This document shows, in pieces, positions 15,821-27,868 of a stretch of 64,000 nt of DNA; the stretch's first letter is position 1; every line of letters starts with the position of its first letter. Below the pieces are notes generated by a model. It saw nothing but the letters and a program-made list of their open reading frames with translations, did not search any database and was not told the origin of the DNA. The position numbers were made by a program, and so were the translations under genes. The stretch covers positions 1,222,156-1,286,155 of the forward strand of contig CAJFCJ010000013.1 in the NCBI GenBank assembly GCA_904063045.1, given 5' to 3'. This stretch comes from Dimorphilus gyrociliatus (taxonomy: Eukaryota > Animalia > Annelida).

Positions 15821-16119
15821 CTGGTTTAATTATGTACAAAAAGAAATTGTCTAGATTAAAATATATATATATATATTTACGTGTCGTTTATCATAGTTAA
15901 TGTATCTAGTCAAATAATAATTTAAGCACGTAGAAACTAATGAAATATATATATAGTATATGATAATAAAAAAATTGAGACAAACAACATAAATGTTACA
16001 TCACAGAAGCTTTCCATTCCTGAATACATAAAAATTCCTTTGTTTTCCATATATTGATAGAAAAGTAAAAGTTATTTTAAATAGTATAAATATAAAAAAA
16101 AGAGAAAGATAGATAATAA

Positions 16120-19100
16120 TTATTCTTGAGGTAACAGTTCTCTCCAAGTTTGACGATCCCCTCTCTTCTTGCTCAACCATTGATTACATGGGAATACTAC
16201 TCTAGATCCAGTAGTTTGTTTGTATACTTCGACCTTGTCTAGGAACCAATCAGTTTTGAAAAATGACGAACCATCATGTTCTATTTTTATTTTGGTTAAA
16301 TCTCCTAAAAAAAGAAAAAGTATTGTTTAAACCTTAATGATTGTGGTATAAGTTAATTTTATACCTAGATCTACGCAGTCGATTGTAAAAGTATCTTTGT
16401 TGCCTTTTTCGAATAGGTTTGTGAATTTTTTTGTTAGTTTTCTTTTGCCGCTATCACCAAACTTTCCAAATATTGTTATAAATACGTTGGAATCAGTAGA
16501 CGCCTGCGGTTCGTCTCCAGTGAATACGTGAATATCATATTTAACGTTTTCCAAAGCTAGAATATAGAAGAGTAATTTGTTTTTTAAATGAAAATGTTAT
16601 TTTTAATATTGCAGTATTGTAGTAGGTTACTTACGAGCTGCAATAGCACCTATGGATCCTTCCTGTTTCTTTTTTAAATTGCACTCAACAGCATATCTCT
16701 TCTTTGGTTTTCTCGTAACTTGAATCCAATCTTTACAAGAGAAGTTGAATTTATCGCCTGTAGTACAATCGGTGATTTTAACGGTATGGCAGAACCATTC
16801 ATTTGTTCGGCCTTCTGCATTTTCGTTGAACCTATCTTCATCTCTTGCATAGGCTCCAACCTTAATTGTTTGAATATCGCCAACACTTTTTATTTTCATT
16901 TCGAACGTTGCAGTTTCTCCTCTCTTGAAACAAGTTTTAGAATCATTCCTCAAGAATATAAGATCAGTATCGCCGCTTGTTCCGCAAAGTATTATCCAGC
17001 AATTGTGCACTATACCGGCATCTTTTTTATCCCCCGTAATAATTTCAAATTCATAAGTGTGTTTTCCCCTCCTCGAAGACTCGGGAGTCCTTGGATTTGA
17101 GCAAGGTATTTCTCGAATGATTTGCTTATCATCGTCAGATTTACTAAGCCATTTATTACAGATAAATTTGTAGGTAAATTTTTCGTTATTATCCATGACT
17201 TCAACATTCTCCAAGTGCCAGCCAGACCCGAAGCCTGAATCATCGTGTTGTATACGTATTTTAAGCAAACTTCCAAGACTGAGCAAGTCGAATGAAAATT
17301 CGTCAGTTTGACCTTTTTGAAAGGGTTTTTGTCCCGATTTTGGTTTCTTTAGTTTTAATTCACCGCTATTTCCTTTTTCACCGAATAGTTCTAACGTAAC
17401 ATTTGCACTGGTTCCGGCGTGCGTTTTATTCGTTGTTTTAATCATAATTGTATAGTTTGTCGATTTTAGTTGAGCTTTACCTCTTAGCAGAGCCACCATA
17501 TCGTGACTCAGTCTACCTTTGGCATTAGGTCCTCTTCCCAGCCATTCATTACATTTAAATACATATTTATCACCCGTTAAAGTATGCAAAACTCTTGCTT
17601 CTTTTAGGAGCCACTCGCTTCTTTCGCCTTTACCATCGACCATAACTCGCATTTTAGTGATTGACGATAAATCTTCCATTTCAAATTTAATTTCGTCTTC
17701 TCTTCCTCTCTCGAATCTGTCGGTTCTCTTCGGAATATGAATAGTTTCCGAACTACATGCCGAACCGAATAGCTGTATAGATACTTGACAATCGCTTCCA
17801 GCTCCACTTTCATCAGCAGTAATTAGAGTCAATTCGTATGGTATTTCTATTAAATAAAGAGAAAAGAATATTATTTATTGTAAGGGGTGAAAAATAAAAC
17901 AGTAAAGTCTGATTAAAAGTCAACCTACTTGGTGAATACGATACAACTGATTTTGAATCTTGATCATCAACATTAAATACTCTTGTAGTTTTTCCGTCGT
18001 CTTTGTCGATAGCAAGCCATTGTTTACATTGGAAAGTGTAAGATTTACCCTTCGTTGGCATATCAACTGTTAGTTGTTCTAGAAACCAGCCACTTCCTGT
18101 TGAAACTCCATCGTGTCCAATCTGTTTAAAAACATTTAATAGGGCTATTTAAATTATCTAAAGATGTAACTGAAGAACACTCAAACCTCGATAGATTTCA
18201 GTTTTCTAATATCTTCCGCATCAATTGAAAAGTTCTCTATGGAACCCGGATTGAATCTATTGTTTTCGGTCTGGAACTCTAGAGGTACTCTACCAGTTTC
18301 TTTCTTCGAGCCCTTTAGATTCACCCAAACATTACTCGAGGTTCCATGATCAAAACTTTTACCAGTTTGTACTTTAATGGTATAAGGGATTGGATTTTCT
18401 GGTATATTCTCCAACTCCTTTCTTCTTACCCTTGGACTCTTACTCGAGTGAGATTCCATACTAAGAGTACTACCCTTTCTGCTTGAGTTAAGGGATGAAT
18501 TACTTGTCAGTTCTCCTGTATAATTCTTTTCTGCAATCTGTCTCCCTAATTTTCCATCTCCTTTCTTTTTAGCAAGCCATCTCTCACAATAGAAGATATA
18601 TTTGTCACCGTGAAATTCATCATTAATTTCAACCCTGTCCAAGAACCAATCAGATCTTAGACCACTATCATCGTGCCTGATAAAGATTTTGAATAATTTT
18701 CCAAGATCCGCATTCTCAATATAAAATTTATCACAGTGATTTCTTTCGAATTTATCAAAATGAGTTTCGGATTTTGTTAACTGCTGCTCTCCACTATCGC
18801 CTTTACTACCATACATGGTTAAAAAGACATTAGCATTTGTTCCAGCACCACTTTGGTCTCCAGTATACACGTCCACAGTATATTTGATCACTAAAAAATA
18901 GAGAAAAAAATTACGATTAATCCTTGTAGGCGATGATCAATTAATTAACAAGGATTAGTAAATAAAATCATAATATCTAACTCGTTAAAGTATCTCTTCT
19001 GGTTAGTTTCTTTTTTTCCAATGCTCCTCTTTTATTCCTCCTCTCCTTGATGACATCCTTCGCAACTAAATCTCTAACAATAGCTCTATCGCCCTTATTC

Positions 19101-22100
19101 TTATCAAACCATTTATCGCATTCGAATATGTAAGTGTCTGAACCCTGAATTATGTTTTTGTTTCGATTATTAATTCATTTAGTTATTATTAATAATATAG
19201 TAAATTAACAAAATATTAATATAAGGGTTTGGGGTATCTATAACAGAATTATACAATGGAAGGTGAGGGATTTAATAAGGGGAAATAGTTTATAAAAATC
19301 ATATACAACTCATGCATGGGTAGATCTCGTTTTCATTACAACAATGATCTTTAAAAATTTGATATTTTTTATTATTATTCTTACCGAAGTGGCTTTTTCA
19401 TCCTTAAATTAATTGTTTTGTAACTTAATAAACTCTTTGAAATGTTTAAATATTTTAATAAAATACTTACACTTCCAGTTGGATTGAGTTTTCTAACTTC
19501 TACCTTTTGTAAATGCCAAGCGGCTCCAATACCAGAATTATCATGACCTATTTGTAATTTTTCTATTTCACCAACATCTTCCAACTGTGTAGTAGTTTGT
19601 CAAAAAGAAAGATATATATATATATACTGTATAAACTATATACAAACATTAATAACAAAATCTTCTTTAGCTCCAGCTTTAAATTTCTTCTTCCTTTCCC
19701 TTTTATCAAGGCATAAACTAACTTGTTTTGTACAGGTATCTTGTCCAAAGAGCTTCACAAAAACATCAGCATCCGTACCAGCTCCAATTTTATCCGTTGT
19801 ATAAATAGTAAAGTTATACGGTATACCTGAATAAGAGAATAAAGGTAGATATAGTATAGCATTTATTGTAATATCAATGTTATATTGGTACATTTTTCAT
19901 TATTATATAGCACTGTTAGACTATTACATTATATAATGTATATAAATAATGCGAAAAACACATGAATACTTTCATTAGTTTGAAAAGTATATATACAATA
20001 AATACATAACAATATATTGTCTAATTATGAATGACTATAGACTACAGTTTAGTTACAGTATACTACATAAACAAAATACGAAAAGGTTTACTATCAATAG
20101 TTTATTATTTATACTTTTCTATATATTTTGTCAATTGTCTTTTATCAGCAGTATGTTTCTAACTAGATTGCATTGTTAAAACTAATTAACTATTGTTGGT
20201 TTTCCAAGTAAGCATCTGTAAGCAGGGTGATTACCAGTTTCTCAGAACTTTAGCGTATAGTTAAATATAGCATTTGATAAATGGCAAACTAGTTTTATAA
20301 TTGACGTGTTATGTGACTATAGAGTTTTAAACTGCAAACTTTTCACTATTTTTGTGAAAAGGGAGCTGAAGATAGGGTGAGAAAATGAGCTTTTTTATAT
20401 TTATTAACTATTACAACTTAATTTACCTTTTACCCCGTCTTCGAGTTGAAAAAAAAACATTGATTATCTTGTCTATAAAAGGATGTTTCCTAATAAGGGA
20501 AAGCTTTTTGTTTTTTAAAAAAAATGGGAAAAGAAAAGACAGAAAAGGCTAAAAGGATTTAAGAACAATAAACAAATAGATATAAAGGAAAATACAATAG
20601 ATATCTCACATTTTTCATAGGTTTCAGTCGCATCCTCGTGAGGATATAGATCTCTCTCTATCAATCCGTCTTCTTTACCCTTAGCCAACCATCTAAAGAA
20701 GAAGAATTTTATATATTATATATTAGATATCGGTAATTTAAAAAAAATGGATGTAGTTTAGTTCTTACTTTCCGCATGGGAAGATGTAATTTCGTCCTTC
20801 AGATGGACATTCAATTTCAACTTTATCCAGAAACCAGTCTGATGATAAATTCTTATCATCGTGTCCAATTCTACAAGAGAAGATAAAATACATGAGCACA
20901 TCAGAAAATGAGTGGTTAACTAATTATCGACCTTAGTTTCTGTAAGGTTCCTAAACCAACGGCTTCTATTTGAAACTTGTCAACTTGGTCTCTTTCAAAT
21001 TTGTTACTATAGGTCAATGAGTGCTTTAAAGGTATTGGTCCAATACTATCATCCTATTGTCAGATGGAGAAGATGATTAATAAAATTAAAATAATATATA
21101 ACGAGTCTTACTTTGCCAAATAAATATACGTAGACGTTTGCATCGGTTCCTGCTTTAAACACGTTACCGGTATAGACATTCAATGTATAAATAGTTTTAG
21201 CCTTGGCTATTTCGGCTGCTATAATACTAAGAGATTTACTCTTTGTTATCTCATCTTTCAAAGAACGGTCAACAGGAACGAGCTCCCTGCAAAGAAGACC
21301 ATCCCCTTCTTTTGTAGATAACCAATTCTGGCATGGAAAATAGACAATTTCTCTTCTCTTTGGATCTTCTACTTCTATATGACCTAGAAACCAGGAAGAT
21401 CCTATACCTTTATTGTCGTGTCTGATTTTTGCTTTTGAAAGTCGGCCAATGTCGGGGAAAGTCAAGTTAAAAACGTCCTCTTGATTTTGCTCGAATTTAT
21501 CAAAATTTTGGGACTTTGAGAGGTGAATCTCACCACTATCACCCATATCTCCGGTAAGACTAAGGTAAACATTCGCATTAGTTCCCGCCCCACTTACATC
21601 GGCAGTAAAGACGATAACTCGATAATCGAGTTCTGTGAACAAGATAAAGATTTGCACAGTTCAATACATTCTTTAATTTAAGAAGATCAAATGACAAACT
21701 ACTCACCTTTAAGGCCCTCCCTAAGAGGTTTACCGTCCTGAGTTGTTGGTAAAAGTGTTCTGACAATCTTTTTATCATCTTCATCTTTGGCAAACCATTT
21801 CTGACAAACAAACCAATATTCCTCAATTTTATCTATTTCCCCAGCCCCAAAGGCTTCTATCTTTTCAATAGTTTTCCTTCGTCGTCTTTCCATAATACGT
21901 TCGTCAACTCTTTCCTCCTCTTCATCGTTATCCTCTTCTGGAGCGTCGCAACGACCAATCTTTCTGAGCGAAGGTTTCTTTTTCAACTTTCTCCGACCAG
22001 CAACCAGAGAGCTTTTTATTATAACCAATTTTTCCATATACCATCCAGCTCCTCGACCTGTTCCATCATGGCCGATACGAATTTTTAATATTTTACCAAC

Positions 22101-25100
22101 ATCCGGCGCATAAATCTATTGTTAACAAAAGACCAATTATAAATAATGAATTTTTATTGATTAGAAATCAATAGTTAATTACTTTAAAAGTATCTAATTG
22201 ATTTCTTTCAAAGTTGTCAGTTTTATTCCTTAGGGGAATTTCTTCAGTTTTACCAGATTCCCCATACATTTGAAGGAAAACATTAGCATCGGTACCGCCG
22301 CCCATTTTGTCTCCAGTCCATACTTTGATTTCGTGAGGAATTTCTGGAAACGTATCAATAGATTATAAATAAATTCGATATAATTGTCTTTTTGTTTTTA
22401 CTTATGTCTCCTTCAAGATAATCCGTAGGATTCATTTCGATTTCTATTAGACCATCCCCTTCCGATTTGTCTAGCCAGCGGTGACAGGCAAATCTATACA
22501 TTTCACCTCTAGATGGAACGTCAATTGATACGTCGTCAAGAAACCAACCAGAACCTGGATTACTACCGTCATGTCCTATTCTTAACATTTTTATCTAATT
22601 TGAATTGAAATGGAATGATTAATCATTCAAGGAACAAGACAATTTAAGGTAAAATTTTTTTACTTTTCCAATATCAGATGCTTCTAGTTTGAAGACATCA
22701 GTCCGCCCACGTTCAAATTTATTTGATGTATTATCGGAATATTTTAGCGTTAATTCATCAGTGTCAGATTTTTCACCAAATAATTTCAAATGAACATTAG
22801 CATCAGTGCCTGCACCAGATTTATTTCCAGTTTTTACTGATACGATATACGTCGTTGCTATAGTAATAACAAATAATGAGAAAAGTTAATTGCGAAACTA
22901 TAGAAAATACAATTGACAACTAACTCTGCAATGCACTAGATCCGCCAGGCATAATGACTCTTTCAATTAATCCATCATCTTCGCCCTTGTCGAACCATCT
23001 GTTTGATAAAAAACAAAGATATTAAGTACTTTTAATTAAATATTATTAATAATAAAGAAAATTTACCGTTGAACGTCGAAAGTTTCTTTATTTTTAGAAT
23101 TACTTAAATCTTCAATAACAACTTTATCCAAGAACCACCCAGCACCAAAGTTGGCTCCATCGTGTCCTATTTTAATACATTTAATCTTTCTCAAGTCAAC
23201 AGCCTCTATAATAAATTCATCCGTCTGTTGACAATTAAACAAATGAAAATGATAAAATGATAAAATAACAATAACAAAATCATATTTATCTTACGTTTCC
23301 CCTCTCAAATTTGTTTCTATTCGTTTTGGAATTTCTTAAGAATCTATTTCCAGTGTCACCCTGTTCGCCGTAGATGTTAATGTAGACATTTGCATCTGTA
23401 CCAGCTTTTCTCTTATTTCCAGTAATAATTTGAACTTTGTATTTTTTTACTGAAAATTAAAATATTATATAAATTTATATGAATATGAGAAAAGTACGAA
23501 AAGCGCAATTAAAAGATTCGAACATTGTTGAACTTTTTTAACTAGTTCTCCTTCTGCCGGTAATTCCCTAATTATTTCGTAATCGTCTTCGTCCGTTGCA
23601 AGCCATCTTTGGCAGTTGAAGAGGTATATTTTGCCATTTGGAGAAATAAGATCAATCTAAAGAATTTTATAACTAGTTTTTTATCATTAATCTTTTTAAA
23701 GAATTGAATAAACCTTATCTAAATGCCATCCCGCTGCTGGATTTGAATTATCGTGCCATATTCTTAGTTTATAAGGTGTTCCAACTGCAGATGCGTGAAT
23801 CTTAAACGAATCTGTTTCTCCAGCCTCAAAATTATTGCCTCTATTATCCAGAGTAATGTCATCAGTTTTTTTATATACTCCATCTTTATTTTTTCCGTAT
23901 AAGACCATTTTAACATTGGCATCGGTTCCTGCTCCAGAAATATTTGAAGTAGTAACATTAACAACCCAAGTTTTTTGTTTATCTTTAATTTTTCTCATAG
24001 AAGTATTTTCAAACAACGTTCTCTCAATAAGACCGTCTCCTTCATCGGTTGCCAACCATTTATCGCACAGAAAAAATTGTTCAATACCAGTTGCCGGACA
24101 AAATATTACAACTCTATCAAGAAACCATCCAGAGCCTGGACCAGAGTCATCATGACCAATTTCAATTTTCGAAATAGGACTTAAGTTTTCATTTATATCG
24201 AATTCTAGTAAGTCGGTTCGTCCTCTCTAAGTAAAAATAAAGAAAACATTAAAGAAGTATATTTTAAAAGAATTTTAATAAATACATCAAATTTTCCATT
24301 ATCCAACCAAACTTTTCCGCTGGTTTGGTTCTTACTTCCGTGCATTATAATATAAACTCTTGCCGATGTTCCAGCCGATTCAACATTTCCTGTAATCACT
24401 TTCAAATGATAAGAAATACCCGGCAAGTTGCCAACTGCTCCCACATTATGAATAAGATCTCGGGAAATTAGACCATCATCTTCATCCCTAGCTAGCCATT
24501 TGTTACAGGGGAAATCGTAAACTCTATCGTGTTTAATATCGTCGACAATAATCTTTAATTTTTAACAAAGATATTATTAAAAAACAATCACCTAATGCAA
24601 TTAATTTCTATACCTTTTCCAAATACCATCCAGGACCCAGACCAGAGTTGTCGTGTCCAATATGAACTCGTTTAAGGTTACCCAAAGACGGGCATTCGAT
24701 AGTAATCTCATTTTTACTATTTAAAAAGAAGTAATTAAAACGGAAAGATAAAAAAGAGAGAAATAAAACAAATGAACGAACCTTCCTGATTTAAAACTGG
24801 ATCCTAATTTATGTTCACCAGAATCACCTGATTCCCCAAAAATTGTCGCATATACATTGGCGCTTGTGCCAGATCCACTCTTCGAACCAGTAAGCACAGA
24901 TATCTTATATTTTTGTCCTAGAAATGAGACAAGAAAAAGACGTATTTAAACTGCATGCTTCAACTCCATTTAAAATGATATTATCAGTTTTAGGTGATAC
25001 GTTAATGTTATAATAATGATATAATAAAGATATCTAGGTGATATCGTGATATGCATTATATCTTATTAGTAGAACTTACGACTTTTTCCCTCTGGTTAAT

Positions 25101-27325
25101 TATGTATAATTTATATTGATTAAATAACCGCTACACAATAGAATATTAATTAGAGCTTGATCTATTAATATACCTGAAACAACTTTAGATGGGTCCAGTG
25201 TTCCAACTAAATCTCTTGATATCCTTCCATCGCCTTCATCTTTCGCTAACCATTTTCCGCAAGGGAAATAATATCGCCACCTTTTATTCTTTAGATCTGT
25301 TACGACAACTCTCTCTAGAAACCATCCAGGTCCTAGGCCCGTATTGTCGTGTTCGATACTGTTGTTTAGGAAGACAAAACAAAGCATATTAAATACGTCA
25401 GAATATTTAACAGTAGTAGCTGGAGGGAGTGGAAAGAAAGAAAAAAGGGAAAATAGGAAAAGACCTTTCTCTTAAAGAAATATCACGTTTAATTAAAATT
25501 TTATTTAGTAAGATTTTTACTCTAATATAACAAGTAAAAAAACATATATACGTGTATAGTTTCATTTTATCCAGGTTAATTAAAAAAAATAACATACCGT
25601 ATTTTGTCAATTGGACCAACGCAATTTGATTTAACAATAAAAACATCGCTTTTATTCCTTTCGAACGTATCTCCTATATTATTTCTCAATTGTATCTTAG
25701 GTGAGATACCATGTTTTCCATAAAAAGTAACAAATACTTTAGCATTTGTTCCTCCATTAAGTTTATCTCCAGTAACAGTTACAATCTCATACTCTGTAAA
25801 TTATAGATTCATTAGTCGTTAATGGTTTATTATTATTCTTTCTTTATTTTTATTGCAAAATGATAAATTTTTTACCTGTTCTTGAGTATTGTCTTACAAA
25901 CAACTCTCTACTTAATTTTCCATCACCTTCAAATAGGGATAGCCAATTTTTACAAATACATATCCATGTTTTTCCATTAGCTGTATTAGTTATTTCGATT
26001 TGTTCTAGAAACCAGCTTTCTTCTTTTGTAATTCCGTCATGCTACAATATTAATAGTAATAATAATGTATATTACACGATTATAGTAAAATAATTACCTC
26101 AATTATTATAGATGTTAAATCTCCAATATCATTTCCTCTCATCTTAAAAGTATTTGTACTTCCACGTTCAAAGACAAATCTCTTTCCAGGCCTATTTTTG
26201 ATTTTCTTCGATAATCTCTTCCTAGGTAGCTTTGCCTTGGTACCTTTTAACCTTATAAAAACCTAAATAGCAAAATTCAAAAGGAATTAAGTTAAATCTT
26301 ATTCAAATAATAGGTCAATATACTTTGGATTTTGTTTCTGCATTTTTCCTATTTCCGGTTAAAACTGTAATTTTGTACAGGACGTCATGTTTCTTTTTAC
26401 CAGTCGTATTCCTAGCAGCTAATCTAGATGTTAAAGATTTTCTTATTCTACTGGATGATGTACTTGCGCTATTAGGTCGACTTGGCTGTTTATAATATTC
26501 AATATAAAATATAAAATAAGAAATTTTCATACAACTTTACTCACCACATGACCAAGAAACTTTTTAGTAAAAAAATCATGTAAATGAGGATCATGAAGAG
26601 AACTATAGGACGGAATATCAGCCCTGAGTCCATTAGCGGAAGGATAACCTCTATAATCGAAAACGCTATCGTTTTCCAAGAGTCTCGCTATTATAGATAA
26701 TGTAAAGTAGTTAATTATTTATGTATAACTCTTTACTTTATTAAATAATACGTACGAGCGAATGGAGCATTTCGGCTTATCTTAGTCTCGCTAGCATTAC
26801 GATGACTTAGATCCAAAGCACTAACATTGTAACTTCTATTGACTTTATGTTGTTTTGGATATGGCCATTGACAAGCGGAAGACGACTTACCAGCTATTTT
26901 GTGATAATAAAAAATGATTTAAATCTTATCGTTTATATAGTTCTTTTTCAGTGGACTTATTGTTTGATTATGATTTGAATATGATAATATAGGCCTTAAT
27001 GGCCCTATAGGCAAATATTTCTTATGGCTACAAAATTAAAGTGTATATAACTCTATGTTAAATGCTTAGGATTAAGCGAATTTTTAAATAATTAATATAT
27101 ATCTTGTGTATCAAATTTAATCGTTTTCTTCGAAAGTCTACTATAATTTCTTTAACAAAGCTTACCAGAATTGTATGAAGGTATTTTATGAGTAGGTGGT
27201 TCATAGTTTACTGCAAAAGGTGCTCTAGGTTCCCTAAATTCCAACTGTCTTCCAGGATAGGACGACTTTCTTGGGAAATGTAAAGCTTGACGAACCCCCT
27301 CTGAATTACTTATGGGGGCTTGCAT
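16120..27325 (-). CDS. LOXHD1: Lipoxygenase homology domain-containing protein 1 (about 17 tandem PLAT domains plus a roughly 180 aa N-terminal extension)
   Basis: Repeated PLAT signatures (Y.I.V.TG...AGT.ANV, KFERG..D.F, I.IGHD..G...GWFL..V, F.C..WL...EGDG) across more than 30 exons. C-terminal [20 protein letters not shown] matches the LOXHD1 end. The start at 27325 (MQAPISN) is inferred from phase-consistent upstream exons. Confidence 0.9.
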
Positions 27326-27868
27326 TCTCCAGATTTTTCCTTAGTCGGCAATTTCGTTCAATATTATCCTATATGTTGAGCGATATTAAGTTTCCTTACT
27401 TATTCTTAATATATCAAAAATTTGTAGTCACAAATACAGCTTTAATGATGAAAAAATATTAGTATAAGCGTTATCCGTTAGCTCCGATACTAATTATTCC
27501 CGTTTCTATAGAGAATTAAAATAATAATAATTCCTGGAAACTTTGTAATTTAAATTTGTTTATCGGTTGCTTGGATCCGATTTCGGAATTTCATCATTGA
27601 ACATTTTTCAACCAATTAGAATTAAAGAATTTTTGAAAAATATGCTTTTGTTTTATAATTAGTATATCATTAAAATATTCACCCGTATGATATTTTTTAA
27701 TAAATGCGAAAACTACTTTTAAGGTTGTTTACTTCCGGTTTCTCTTTGACGGACATTGTTCGAAGAAAAAAGCACATGTCAAAGCTATGAAATGATAAAA
27801 AAAAAATCCTGACATATTTTATAAGTTAAATTAATTAAGGATATATAATTCTTAGTGTAATAAACATA

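Noticed and set aside
21760-22030. Long charged insertion inside one LOXHD1 PLAT domain
   Set aside because: From recollection, vertebrate LOXHD1 has a comparable acidic/basic insertion in a central PLAT, so this is likely conserved rather than novel.
25385-25430. Strong pyrimidine tract and AG in a LOXHD1 intron that would add CGC TAC TAC TGT TAA (poison exon)
   Set aside because: The remaining downstream intron would be only about 38 nt and there is no independent support. It is possible but not defensible from sequence.
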